Virus record (IMG/VR): IMGVR_UViG_3300036985_003045
Strand: one strand, 5' to 3'
Source: a virus
Lineage: Duplodnaviria > Caudoviricetes
Length of the DNA stretch: 64,000 nt
In this document: piece after piece, positions 46,595-56,037 of the stretch
How positions within the stretch are numbered: position 1 is the first letter of the stretch
How the letters are laid out: every line of letters begins with the position of its first letter
Program-made: the position numbers and the translations under genes
Notes under the pieces: generated by a model
Told to the model about the DNA's origin: nothing
Seen by the model: only the letters and a program-made list of their open reading frames with translations
The model's database searches: none

Positions 46595-47164
46595 TTATTT
46601 GAATTGAGGACCTGTAACCCATGCTACCAAACTATACCGTGTTCCTTCGGTAACAGGGGTAACTCTATGCAAAACATATGATGGGAAACATAAAAGTGTA
46701 CCTCTTGTTCTATGCAATTTTGTTTCATCATCACTGAGTTTTATTTCTAAATCACCACCAGCGTAATCATTTTCATCGGTTAGTTGCACAACCAAAGATA
46801 GTTTTCGTATTTTAAGGTCTTTTTCACTATCTGTATGGAATGAATAATGTCCTGTGGGTGCTTCATATTTTGTAAACTGTAGATTCTCACCAAATCCTTG
46901 TAAGTCAAAGTTAAAGAATTCTTTGTTTAGGTATTCGGTAACATCAGTCAATCTTTGAAATATCCATGTACTATTTTCATCAGGTGATAAAAATCTTGTA
47001 CTAGAGTTTCTTATGGTATCCGATTGAACTAAGTCACCCGTTTGACTTTTGGTTAATTTTGATTTGTTTCCGAGTTTTATAATTTTATCACATTCTTTGG
47101 CTGTAAATGCTTCTGAATATGCCCATGGTTGGGTTTCATCAATTTTAAATGGCCAATAACCCAT
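46595..47164 (-). CDS. 2OG-Fe(II) oxygenase (prolyl-hydroxylase-like)
   Basis: HTD, RKLSLVVQL, Y.GGDL, FPSYVLHRVTPVT.GTRYSLV.W. Confidence 0.92.
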   Translation of the reverse strand: MGYWPFKIDETQPWAYSEAFTAKECDKIIKLGNKSKLTKSQTGDLVQSDTIRNSSTRFLSPDENSTWIFQRLTDVTEYLNKEFFNFDLQGFGENLQFTKYEAPTGHYSFHTDSEKDLKIRKLSLVVQLTDENDYAGGDLEIKLSDDETKLHRTRGTLLCFPSYVLHRVTPVTEGTRYSLVAWVTGPQFK

Positions 47165-47243
47165 AATATAATTCCTATTTAGATGTTCCTAGTAAAATTC
47201 GTTTGTCAAATTTATGGTCTTTGTGTGGACCATTAGCATCAAC

Positions 47244-47615
47244 TTATGTTGTTTGCAAATTGTAAAATATAGTATCAATTTTAATATTTGATGTAGTACC
47301 TTCTTTTGATGCTGCTTTCATCAATTTCGAATGTTCTTTTTTATCTTTCTTTTTATCTTGTATAATATTAAGTAATACTTTTTGCAAATGGGTTTCAAAT
47401 TTGTTAGACCCCATCAATTTGATATTGTTTAGATTATCTGGTTTAGCATATAAAGTATAGGTAAATGTAAAATCTTGTATGCCTTCTGAATATGTTAAGA
47501 AAGAACTACCAAATTCTATAATAACATCTTTATAGTTGCCTGTTAAAAGTTTTACTCTAATTTGAAACAAATTTAAATCAGAATACTCATAAATGTAATC
47601 TTTTTCATTTTTCAT
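47244..47615 (-). CDS. Hypothetical protein
   Basis: ORF track. Confidence 0.55.
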   Translation of the reverse strand: MKNEKDYIYEYSDLNLFQIRVKLLTGNYKDVIIEFGSSFLTYSEGIQDFTFTYTLYAKPDNLNNIKLMGSNKFETHLQKVLLNIIQDKKKDKKEHSKLMKAASKEGTTSNIKIDTIFYNLQTT

Positions 47616-47631
47616 ATCAATTCTCTTTCTG

Positions 47632-47868
47632 TTATACTATAGCACTAACTTCATCACTTGTAGGTATACCTGTTTTTTGGTCTATATTTTTCCAAGATTC
47701 TGTACCTGTTTCTGGGTCAATATCAACTTGTAATATTGAAAACATTTCACTAACTTTGCTTTGAATATAATCTATAATATATTGTTGTCTTGCATCTTGT
47801 GCTAATTTTAATGTATCGAAAGATACTCGTTCATTAGTATTTTGGTCATGAATTAAATATGTTGACAT
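47632..47868 (-). CDS. Hypothetical protein, possibly tail-fibre accessory
   Basis: Directly downstream of the adhesin gene. Confidence 0.55.
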   Translation of the reverse strand: MSTYLIHDQNTNERVSFDTLKLAQDARQQYIIDYIQSKVSEMFSILQVDIDPETGTESWKNIDQKTGIPTSDEVSAIV

Positions 47869-47882
47869 TTTTTTCTCCTAAA

Positions 47883-48821
47883 TTATGAAACTGTGCCCCA
47901 CACTGTTCCTACTGTTATATATGCAACAGTTTTGCCGTTTAGACTTATCGCTTTTCCACCAGCACCTCCGGCACCACCAGCAGCACCCCATCCTCCTCCA
48001 CCGCCCGAATATGTACCACCACTGGCACCAGCACCACCACCACTACCACCACCACCTCCTGGCTTAGGCCCGCCTCCACCAGCACCCCCAGTTCCAGGCA
48101 ATATTCTACCACCACCGCCACCACCACCGCCACCAAATACAAAGGTGGTTCCGGCACCACCACCTGAACCACCTCCAGCACCCGCAAGTCCTGAGCCTTT
48201 AGTGGTGCCATTCGCTCCAGCAACACCAATTGCACCACCAGCACCTCCGGCACCACCAGAATTAACCCCTGTAGCACCATTACCGCCTCCGGCACCACCG
48301 CCACCACCACCGCCTCCAGGTTGGCCTGTTGTCCATCCACCACCTCCTCCTCCAGCAATGTAGCCATTATTTGTTATGGTTACTGGATAAGAAAGATTTA
48401 ATGCTGGACCGCCAGCTGCAGAACTAGCAGCACCACCCCTACCAATAATATATCCATTATTCACTAATTTTAATGTATCCCCTGCAGTACCCCCAGAAAA
48501 TGTTAATCCATAGTTTCCTGTTGTACTAGCCCATAAATAAATACCAGAATTAACTGTAACAGTAATATCACTATATCCAGCAATATATCCAGAAATTAAA
48601 GAAAGTGTTAAAGAAACATTAACAGCAGAAGTTGAATATATTACAAATAAAGATTTTCTTTGAGTTTTTCCATAAAAATTGCTCATGGAAATCCCACCAG
48701 ATGCTATACCAGCAAGGGTTCTGAATGCTGCAGCATTCAAGGAGTTGGTTGCTGTTGCAGATAGTCCCAATTCAACATTTATATTAGATATCGAAATTGC
48801 ACCAGAGGCTTGTAGTGTCAT
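47883..48821 (-). CDS. Glycine-rich gp38-like tail-fibre adhesin
   Basis: VNNGYIIGRGG, GGPAL, NNGYIAGGGGGG and polyglycine motifs; N-terminal adaptor-like domain. Confidence 0.65.
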   Translation of the reverse strand: MTLQASGAISISNINVELGLSATATNSLNAAAFRTLAGIASGGISMSNFYGKTQRKSLFVIYSTSAVNVSLTLSLISGYIAGYSDITVTVNSGIYLWASTTGNYGLTFSGGTAGDTLKLVNNGYIIGRGGAASSAAGGPALNLSYPVTITNNGYIAGGGGGGWTTGQPGGGGGGGGAGGGNGATGVNSGGAGGAGGAIGVAGANGTTKGSGLAGAGGGSGGGAGTTFVFGGGGGGGGGRILPGTGGAGGGGPKPGGGGGSGGGAGASGGTYSGGGGGWGAAGGAGGAGGKAISLNGKTVAYITVGTVWGTVS

Positions 48822-48852
48822 TAGTTGTTTCCTTTTGTATAAATATATATCG

Positions 48853-48860
48853 TATTTATA
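48853..48860 (-). promoter_or_regulatory. T4-type late promoter for adhesin cassette A
   Basis: Exact TATAAATA upstream of the ATG at 48821. Confidence 0.75.
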
Positions 48861-48866
48861 TGATAC

Positions 48867-50126
48867 TTATTTGTTTTGTATATTTTTATCCACACATGAT
48901 TTATATATATCAATCAACTTTTGTAGATTTTCAGCATACTCGACATCATCACCAGAATAGTTAAAATTTATTATAACAGGATTTTCATTAACGTATGCAA
49001 AAGTGTTATCAAATTTTATTTCAAAATATCCAGATGGGTCTCCCAATTCTTCCATAATATTTAAAACATTACGAATTTCTTCTATAAAAGTATTCTTGAT
49101 AAATTTGAAAATGGGTGTAATATTATCACTATTATGTTCTATATAATTAAAATTAGATATATTAGAATGTGATTGTGTGGTTTTATTTTTATAAGACCCT
49201 AATGCAATTGTATCTAAATTTATATCAGTCTTGTATTGAGGGTCCATAAAATTTGTTAAATTAATTAAATTATTTTGGAATTTTATATCTAATTCTTTTT
49301 TTATTAATCTAAAACATTTGTTATTGTTTGTATTTACACTTTCTAAAATACTCAAATCAATCTGTTGGATATCTTTATATATATTATCATTTTCAATTTT
49401 ATATTGATTATCGCTAATAAATTTGCTAGTCAATACTTCAGAAATACAAAGGGGTGTCCACTCTTTATTTTGATAAACTGTCTGTATGCTAATTTCTTCG
49501 GGATAAATGTGATTATATACAAGTTCTAAGTCATTTTTTAAAATATCAACATCACTATCTTTTCTATTCAAAAATGCTATGATATCAACAAAAACATTTA
49601 TGTTTCGTTTCTTCAACTCATTAGATAGATTTATAACACTCTCAAAATCTGCTGGTACTCTTTTTTGTGAGATAAGAGTTGTTCTATCGAATGTCTGAAG
49701 GCATATAGTTGCGTTATCAAACTTATATTTTTCTAACACATCTAACAAATCAGTATTCCAATATGCTGGATGAATTTCAAAAGTTTTAAATGCAGTTGAA
49801 TCTTTGAAATTTGGAAGAAGATTTATCACATTTTCCAAAGTTTCTGCTGACATCATTGATGGTGTTCCCCCACCAAAAAACCAATTTGATATTAAGTCTT
49901 TTTTATTTTCTAATATAGGACGATATAATTCTATAACTTTTGGTAAATATTTATCATAATAATCAGTGTATTGGTTTTTATTTTTTATTATGTTTCCAGC
50001 ATATATACAAAATTTACATATTGAAGGGCAAAATGGGCTATGGATATACACTCCTATTTTGTTTGTGCTTTTGTTAAATTTATTAACTATTAGTGAGAAG
50101 TCAATTTCATCGTATCGGTTTATCAT
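48867..50126 (-). CDS. HemN-like radical SAM enzyme
   Basis: VYIHSPFCPSICKFC (CxxxCxxC), FFGGGTPS. Confidence 0.85.
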   Translation of the reverse strand: MINRYDEIDFSLIVNKFNKSTNKIGVYIHSPFCPSICKFCIYAGNIIKNKNQYTDYYDKYLPKVIELYRPILENKKDLISNWFFGGGTPSMMSAETLENVINLLPNFKDSTAFKTFEIHPAYWNTDLLDVLEKYKFDNATICLQTFDRTTLISQKRVPADFESVINLSNELKKRNINVFVDIIAFLNRKDSDVDILKNDLELVYNHIYPEEISIQTVYQNKEWTPLCISEVLTSKFISDNQYKIENDNIYKDIQQIDLSILESVNTNNNKCFRLIKKELDIKFQNNLINLTNFMDPQYKTDINLDTIALGSYKNKTTQSHSNISNFNYIEHNSDNITPIFKFIKNTFIEEIRNVLNIMEELGDPSGYFEIKFDNTFAYVNENPVIINFNYSGDDVEYAENLQKLIDIYKSCVDKNIQNK

Positions 50127-50506
50127 TTTCTATATTCCAATTCATTTTCAAACACTTTCACAATATGACTTTTCAAATGTGTCTGAGTTTCTAATATGGC
50201 TTCAATATGTTCTGTATCTAATGATTTCAAAGGTATTAATACTAATGGTTGGTTGAGGTGTGCACCATTCTTACCATATGTGCCCCATTTAAAACTTTCT
50301 CTAATTACCTCATGTGTATCATCATCATGTACAAAAGCATCAACAGCTCTTTCTTTATTAACACTTCTTCTAACATAATCTAAACCACCATCAATCATAT
50401 ATTCTTCACCATTAGCATCAATATGTGTCTGATAATCATGTCTATGTCTTGATTCTAATCTTGTACCATCTGGTGTAATAATGGCATTAACCAATAAGTT
50501 TCTCAC
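50123..50506 (-). CDS. Conserved phage hypothetical protein (GTG start)
   Basis: NAI.TPDGT.LES.HRHDY, IDGG.DY.RR, WGTYGK.G. Confidence 0.7.
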   Translation of the reverse strand: MRNLLVNAIITPDGTRLESRHRHDYQTHIDANGEEYMIDGGLDYVRRSVNKERAVDAFVHDDDTHEVIRESFKWGTYGKNGAHLNQPLVLIPLKSLDTEHIEAILETQTHLKSHIVKVFENELEYRK

Positions 50507-50613
50507 AATAATCCTAATCCAAATATCACAGTTAATATTAATGTCATTGTCATCATTACCCAAGCGAATGTTGATATAACAAAAGCACCTTTCAATATTT
50601 TTTCAACAGTCAT
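50503..50613 (-). CDS. 36-aa single-TM peptide
   Basis: MTVEKILKGAFVISTFAWVMMTMTLILTVIFGLGLL; couples to both neighbours. Confidence 0.5.
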   Translation of the reverse strand: MTVEKILKGAFVISTFAWVMMTMTLILTVIFGLGLL

Positions 50614-50777
50614 TATCTATTCCTTAATCTCATTAATATATCATTTACAATTTCATCATTTTCAATCATATTATATAGTATTTCTGTAGATATAGCAATA
50701 TATTCTTCTTGTTCTTCATAAGTTAATATATCGTGTTTTTGGATTTCTGCCAATTCTTCATATCGTTTTAAATTCAT
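50613..50777 (-). CDS. Hypothetical protein, 54 aa
   Basis: MNLKRYEELAEIQK...; stop/start overlaps. Confidence 0.55.
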   Translation of the reverse strand: MNLKRYEELAEIQKHDILTYEEQEEYIAISTEILYNMIENDEIVNDILMRLRNR

Positions 50778-51025
50778 TATTCATCCTCTAGTAATGTATA
50801 ACAAGGAAACAGTTTAGGTAATCCCAATACAACATTATAGTTTTTATATTTCAATGATTCATTTAATTCCATTGAACGAACTTCACATTCATATTTACCT
50901 CCACGCCATTCTCTTTCAAGTTTAGCTTGTTTCAGCGATTCTTCTTCATTGTCAAATGCACCAACCACATAACTATGACTTTCTCTATCACCAAAACGAT
51001 AGGCTGTTACTACATAAATTAACAT
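50777..51025 (-). CDS. Hypothetical protein
   Basis: YVVTAYRFG...HSYVVG...RGGKY. Confidence 0.65.
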   Translation of the reverse strand: MLIYVVTAYRFGDRESHSYVVGAFDNEEESLKQAKLEREWRGGKYECEVRSMELNESLKYKNYNVVLGLPKLFPCYTLLEDE

Positions 51026-51573
51026 TGTATTACCTCTATAAAATCTGGAATTGGTCTATTCTTCCAATTATGTAAATGTTGTTTAGAACCATTATAGTAA
51101 TTCTTATATGATTGTATTGAATCACCTTTAATTATATATTCTTCTGGCATTGCTGGTGTTGGTTCAGTGAAGGTAGGATGTTCTTTAATTCCACTTGGCA
51201 CAAATCTTAATTGTTCTAATAAACCTTCACGTTCTACTTTATGTATTTTATTATATCTATATGTGTATTCTTTACATAAATCATCTAATAATAACCACAA
51301 CCATGCATAGTTATCACGGGATTGTCTGACCCATATGGCCGATGGATGATTCAGGTGTGTTGCTTTGTATAGAATATCATTACGTTTGTCTGGAAGAATC
51401 CAAGATGTAGTTTTACGACCAGTATCAGATATGCCTGTTAATAATACACCATCCAATACTCTATGTGCTGTAGATAATAGTTGGGCATACTCAACAATCA
51501 TCTTCACACAGTGCCTATCAACATGATATTCAGCGCATTTCTGAGTATTATTATCAAGATAAAATATATTCAC
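51019..51573 (-). CDS. Pyrimidine-dimer DNA glycosylase-like (DenV-related) protein
   Basis: MNIFYLD...H.DRH.VKMI.EYAQLLSTAH, HLNHPSAIW.R. Confidence 0.65.
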   Translation of the reverse strand: MNIFYLDNNTQKCAEYHVDRHCVKMIVEYAQLLSTAHRVLDGVLLTGISDTGRKTTSWILPDKRNDILYKATHLNHPSAIWVRQSRDNYAWLWLLLDDLCKEYTYRYNKIHKVEREGLLEQLRFVPSGIKEHPTFTEPTPAMPEEYIIKGDSIQSYKNYYNGSKQHLHNWKNRPIPDFIEVIQC

Positions 51574-51833
51574 TTCTTTTTCCTCTCATAATTAAATTTC
51601 TTTATAACAGCTTTTGGATAATCTTCCATCTCAACAAATCCAGATACTTTATTACCATTATCCATTTGCTCCCAAATAATAAGATGTTCATGCACTATTA
51701 GATTAATTAAATCCTCAAGCATATAACCCTTGCAATAATAAGAGTTATTTTCCTCTGACATACCAAAAGAAGTAACATCATTTAAAGGAATAATACCTAC
51801 TCTACGTGCAAGTTCTTTGATAGTTTCATTCAT
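51570..51833 (-). CDS. EKFAxLI...HFG family protein (divergent)
   Basis: MNETIKELA; WEQMDNGNKVSGFVEMEDYPKA. Confidence 0.7.
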   Translation of the reverse strand: MNETIKELARRVGIIPLNDVTSFGMSEENNSYYCKGYMLEDLINLIVHEHLIIWEQMDNGNKVSGFVEMEDYPKAVIKKFNYERKKK

Positions 51834-51866
51834 AAGTTTCCTATATAATATTAGAATTCATAATCT

Positions 51867-51894
51867 ATTATATACTATATTTTTAAGATGTAAA
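51867..51894 (-). promoter_or_regulatory. Early promoter TTTACA-16-TATAAT
   Basis: GTTTACA tcttaaaaatatagta TATAAT. Confidence 0.7.
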
Positions 51895-51905
51895 CATTTA
51901 TTTTT

Positions 51906-51913
51906 TATAAATA
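51906..51913 (+). promoter_or_regulatory. T4-type late promoter for the fibre gene
   Basis: Exact TATAAATA upstream of the ATG at 51960. Confidence 0.8.
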
Positions 51914-51959
51914 CATATAATATACCATTTCGAATTAGTCAACAACCGAGAATAAAAAT

Positions 51960-54794
51960 ATGGCAGCATCAACTATAACATTACGTAATATTAAAGGTAG
52001 TCCGTTGACCAATACGGAAATGGATACCAATATTTCTCTTTTGAATAGTTATTCAAAAGGTCATTTAAGTAAAACAATAACAACAAATGTAACATTAACT
52101 GATATAGAAGCGGAAAATTACTTTTTTAATATTTCCGGTACTTTAACTGCAGATGCTACTATAACAATACCAAGTATACTTATTAAGTCCTGGACAGTTA
52201 ATAATATAACTTCAGGCGGGTTTAGTATTACTGTAAAATATGCTACAGGTGCAGGTATTACAATACAAAATGGTACTAGATCTACATTTTATTTTGATGG
52301 CACTAATATGCTTAGTATTAGTTATAGTAATACTGTACGTATATCAGATACAGGTACTGTCACAAATACAATGTTAGCGTCAAGTACAATTTCAGGTGTA
52401 TCTCTTGGTTCAAATTTAAATGCATTAACTATTGGCACAGGATTATCAGGTACCACCTATAATGGTTCTTCTGCAGTTACTATTGCTATTGATTCTACTG
52501 TTGCCACATTAACAGGTTCTCAAACTCTTACTAATAAAACCCTTACCTCTCCAGTAGTTACAACTAGTTTAACTACTACAAACACAAGTTTTGCTTTACT
52601 TAATGCAACTGCAACAACTGTGAACTTTGCAGGTGCAGCAACCACATTAACTATGGGTGCATCTACTGGAACTTCTACAGTTAATAATGATTTAGTTGTT
52701 TCCGGTAACTTAACTGTAAATGGAACAACTACTACAATCAATACAGCTACATTGTCTGTTGATGACAAAAACCTTGAATTAGGATCTGTTCAAAATGCTA
52801 CAATTAGTGCAACAGGAACAGTAGGAACAATTACAGGGACAGGTCCTTGGGCAGCGATTGTTACTGGAATGACAACTACTACAGGATTGATAGTAGGTAG
52901 TTCTTTATCTGCGACTGTTGGAACTGGAAGTTTAGGTGGAAGTGGTTCATATATTATTACATCTATAGATAGTAAAACACAAGTATCATATAGTGCTACA
53001 GGCGGAACTACACCAGTGGCAGGAACAATCACTGCAATTACTACAACTGGATATAATAATATCACTGCTAATGGTGCTGGTATCACAGTCAAGGGTACTA
53101 CAGATAAGACGTTAAATTGGGTAAGTTCTACAACTGCTTGGACTTCCTCAGAAAACTTAGATATTGCACCTGGTAAATCTTATTCAATAGCTGGAACAAG
53201 TGTTCTTTCTTCTACTACATTAGGTTCGGGTGTTACTGCTTCTTCATTAACATCTGTTGGAACATTAGTTAATCCTGCATATTCTGGCACTTTGACTGGT
53301 GGAACTGGTATAATTAATATCGGTAGCGGTCAGATATACAAAGATGCTTCCGGTAACGTGGGGATTGGTACGAGTAGTATAACGCAATTATATTCTGCAA
53401 TAACTACTGCTGTAGCTGGTAACTTGCGATTAGGGTCATCGGCTACCACAGGGTTTATATCTTTTGGAGATCAAACATCAGCTACAAGTAATGTTGGTAT
53501 TTGGAGAGGGGCAGGTGGTAATTCGCTTGCCACAGGTAACTATTTGCAACTTGGTGGTTATGACGGTATTAGTTTTACCACAGGCAATGCTAGTTTAGCT
53601 TCTCAAACAGAGCGCCTACGCATCGACTCCTCCGGCAACGTGGGGATAGGTTATGCAATCCCTGCAAATACATTACATGTCGCTAATGGGGTAGACACTC
53701 AAATCAGAGTCAGTACGCCAACAAATAATTTTTATTTTGATATGGGTAGAGCTTCCGCTGATGGTCTATTTCAAATAAATGGCAATCAAGGATCGGGATA
53801 TAAGTGGCTTAATAATGGCACTGAGGCAATGCGTATTAGTGCTGCTGGCTACGTGGGGATTGGAACTACTAGTCCCGGTTCTATTGGTAAATTAGTTGTG
53901 TCCAACACAGCAACCACTGATAATAGCAGTATAGGTGTTGTGGCAACCGCATTTTTATCCACTCCTACGTATACAGGAACTTTTTTAAGTCAAGGTGATA
54001 CAGCAACGGCTGGAACTGTTTGTGGCTTACCTAAGGCTAACTTAGGGTCTTTACTGTTTCAAAATGTAAGCGCAGGGTTAATTTACACCAATAGTCAATC
54101 TTTAATATTCGGAACTGCTGGTGTAGAAGCCTTACGAATAAACACTACACAAGACGTATCCATCCCAGCAGGGCAACTTACAATAACCAACGCCAACAAC
54201 ACCGCAACAGGTGGTGGTCAGCTATACCTAAATGGGGCTACGGGCAATAGGATAGATTTTAATACTGCTGGAGTTGCTCCTCCTGCTTTTACTACAAGAA
54301 GTCTTGGTACTAAAATTGTTCTTTATCCAGGTGTAGCTGCCGCAGCAGTTGATTTTGCGTTAGGAATACAAGGAGGCGGAATGTGGCTTTCAGTTTCCAC
54401 AACCGCTGAAACTTTCAGATGGTATGGAGGTACAACAATTGCCGCTACTTTATCAGGTGCAGGTGATTTTGAAGCAACTGCAAATATAACAGCTTATTCT
54501 GATGAACGACTTAAAGAGAACATTAAAACTATTCCAAACGCATTAAATAAAGTCAATACTATTCGTGGTGTTACATTCACCCGTAATGATTTGGACGATA
54601 AAGAAAAAGTCCATACTGGTGTAATAGCTCAGGAAGTTCTGAAAGTATTACCAGAAGCAGTATCACAAAATGAAAATGGAATATATTCTGTTGCTTATGG
54701 TAATATGGTAGGTCTATTAATAGAATCAATCAAAGAATTATCTGAGCAAAATCAACAATTACTAAAAAGAATTGAAGCCTTAGAAAATAAATAG
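51960..54794 (+). CDS. Tail fibre with C-terminal peptidase-S74 intramolecular chaperone
   Basis: GNVGIGT repeats; SDERLKENI, GVIAQEV...LPEAV, LLIESIKEL. Confidence 0.88.
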   Translation: MAASTITLRNIKGSPLTNTEMDTNISLLNSYSKGHLSKTITTNVTLTDIEAENYFFNISGTLTADATITIPSILIKSWTVNNITSGGFSITVKYATGAGITIQNGTRSTFYFDGTNMLSISYSNTVRISDTGTVTNTMLASSTISGVSLGSNLNALTIGTGLSGTTYNGSSAVTIAIDSTVATLTGSQTLTNKTLTSPVVTTSLTTTNTSFALLNATATTVNFAGAATTLTMGASTGTSTVNNDLVVSGNLTVNGTTTTINTATLSVDDKNLELGSVQNATISATGTVGTITGTGPWAAIVTGMTTTTGLIVGSSLSATVGTGSLGGSGSYIITSIDSKTQVSYSATGGTTPVAGTITAITTTGYNNITANGAGITVKGTTDKTLNWVSSTTAWTSSENLDIAPGKSYSIAGTSVLSSTTLGSGVTASSLTSVGTLVNPAYSGTLTGGTGIINIGSGQIYKDASGNVGIGTSSITQLYSAITTAVAGNLRLGSSATTGFISFGDQTSATSNVGIWRGAGGNSLATGNYLQLGGYDGISFTTGNASLASQTERLRIDSSGNVGIGYAIPANTLHVANGVDTQIRVSTPTNNFYFDMGRASADGLFQINGNQGSGYKWLNNGTEAMRISAAGYVGIGTTSPGSIGKLVVSNTATTDNSSIGVVATAFLSTPTYTGTFLSQGDTATAGTVCGLPKANLGSLLFQNVSAGLIYTNSQSLIFGTAGVEALRINTTQDVSIPAGQLTITNANNTATGGGQLYLNGATGNRIDFNTAGVAPPAFTTRSLGTKIVLYPGVAAAAVDFALGIQGGGMWLSVSTTAETFRWYGGTTIAATLSGAGDFEATANITAYSDERLKENIKTIPNALNKVNTIRGVTFTRNDLDDKEKVHTGVIAQEVLKVLPEAVSQNENGIYSVAYGNMVGLLIESIKELSEQNQQLLKRIEALENK

Positions 54795-54816
54795 TCATAC
54801 ACTTCAAAATATTCTA

Positions 54817-54847
54817 ATCCTATGTATCCTCTTGGATTACATAGGAT
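54817..54847. terminator. Hairpin terminator between convergent genes
   Basis: ATCCTATGTA...TACATAGGAT 10-bp stem with A/T tracts on both sides. Confidence 0.7.
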
Positions 54848-54851
54848 ATTT

Positions 54852-55121
54852 TTATTTTAAATCATCTCCACCAAAATCGTCACAAACATCTTTTTTAAAT
54901 CTTTCAATAATATCCATAGCTTCCGTTATATCTTCATCAGTCGCATCTGGATATAATGATTTCAGTTTTTTTACACCTATACTTTTTAGTTCTTTATATG
55001 TATAGTCTTTTGTTTCAGTAACATGCCAAAGAGATAATACTTGATCATCCTTTGCAGAACCTTCTGAAGAACTATTATAAAAACTATACCAATTAGAAGT
55101 AGACCATCTTGCATAACTCAT
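54852..55121 (-). CDS. Hypothetical protein
   Basis: MSYARWSTSNWY...; first gene after an early promoter. Confidence 0.65.
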   Translation of the reverse strand: MSYARWSTSNWYSFYNSSSEGSAKDDQVLSLWHVTETKDYTYKELKSIGVKKLKSLYPDATDEDITEAMDIIERFKKDVCDDFGGDDLK

Positions 55122-55159
55122 TATATTTTCCTATAACATGATAAATTATTTATGATACT

Positions 55160-55187
55160 ATTATATCATACTTTCAGGAAATGTAAA
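55160..55187 (-). promoter_or_regulatory. Early promoter TTTACA-16-TATAAT (extended -10)
   Basis: GTTTACA tttcctgaaagtatga TATAAT. Confidence 0.75.
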
Positions 55188-55191
55188 CAAT

Positions 55192-55326
55192 TTATTCAGG
55201 ATGATTATCTGAGTTACAGAGAGAAGGATTTGAAGAAAAAGAAGAACATGGAGACTGTGCTGAAATCTCCATGTTTATATACATGAACAACAATGCTGCC
55301 AATAGAATTAGAGGTATTGCTTTCAT
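55192..55326 (-). CDS. 44-aa signal-peptide-bearing Cys-loop peptide, copy 2
   Basis: MKAIPLILLAALLFMYINMEISAQSPCSSFSSNPSLCNSDNHPE. Confidence 0.75.
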   Translation of the reverse strand: MKAIPLILLAALLFMYINMEISAQSPCSSFSSNPSLCNSDNHPE

Positions 55327-55354
55327 AATGTACCATTAGGTTATTATGGTTTAT

Positions 55355-56014
55355 TTATCCTTCATTTTTTAATAATAAACTAGGATTAATAGATGGAAAT
55401 TCTTGACCTAGTAATAATTGAGTTGGAGTGTCTGATCTCAATTTCAAGATTTCTTCAACAGGAACATTTTGCAACATCAATTGTTTTGTATTTTCAATTG
55501 CGGGTAATATTTCCGTCACAAAATCTGGATGCAATCTCATAGCACCAAATTGGTCAGTAGCAATGGCACCTGTAGTCAATAAACAATTTTCCGCACGATG
55601 AATAAATTCAAACTTCCACTCATCTCGTTGTGTTGCTTCATGAGCTTCGGCATCTGGCAAATGTGCATACTTTCTATGAGGTTGTACTCTTTCAATACAT
55701 AATTGTATAAACTCTAATTCTTTTATAGCGGCATTTGCACACCTATCTTCCATTTCTTTAGTATTTTCTGTCTCATTTTTTAATATTTCTCCATCAATTC
55801 TTTTCAATTCATCTTCACTATTTAATAGTTTTTGAATTTTAATATCATTTTTTTTCAGCATTAAGTCTCTATTTCTAAGAGTTCTGACCGAATGAAGTTT
55901 TTCTTCTTCTAAGTCCTTTAATAAAGCATATGCGCCGTCTGCTGTAAAACAAGACCCCACAAGAAAATGTAATATTTGAAAATCATGATTTGCTCTATTG
56001 TTTGATGCATTCAT
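55355..56014 (-). CDS. Conserved phage hypothetical protein (fibre-cassette associated)
   Basis: HDFQI.HFLVGSC.T.DGAY, EAHEA.QR.EW..E. Confidence 0.65.
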   Translation of the reverse strand: MNASNNRANHDFQILHFLVGSCFTADGAYALLKDLEEEKLHSVRTLRNRDLMLKKNDIKIQKLLNSEDELKRIDGEILKNETENTKEMEDRCANAAIKELEFIQLCIERVQPHRKYAHLPDAEAHEATQRDEWKFEFIHRAENCLLTTGAIATDQFGAMRLHPDFVTEILPAIENTKQLMLQNVPVEEILKLRSDTPTQLLLGQEFPSINPSLLLKNEG

Positions 56015-56037
56015 ATTGTTACCCTAAAAATTAAAAA

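Noticed and set aside
47893-48367. Pro-rich plus-strand ORF (47893-48363) and Val-rich minus-strand ORF (47945-48367)
   Set aside because: Shadow frames of the polyglycine codons of the gp38-like adhesin; no RBS or promoter
48867-50126. Radical SAM enzyme as PqqE partner for the phage PqqA
   Set aside because: HemN-type signatures, no SPASM Cys cluster, no PqqD-like gene, and about 10 kb away
50507-50563. N-terminal extension of track ORF 50123-50563
   Set aside because: Overlaps a coupled 36-aa TM ORF; a GTG at 50506 gives the conserved start
46424-55326. Invertible (shufflon-like) switch between the two adhesin cassettes
   Set aside because: The flanking peptide genes are direct, not inverted, repeats and no recombinase is in the window
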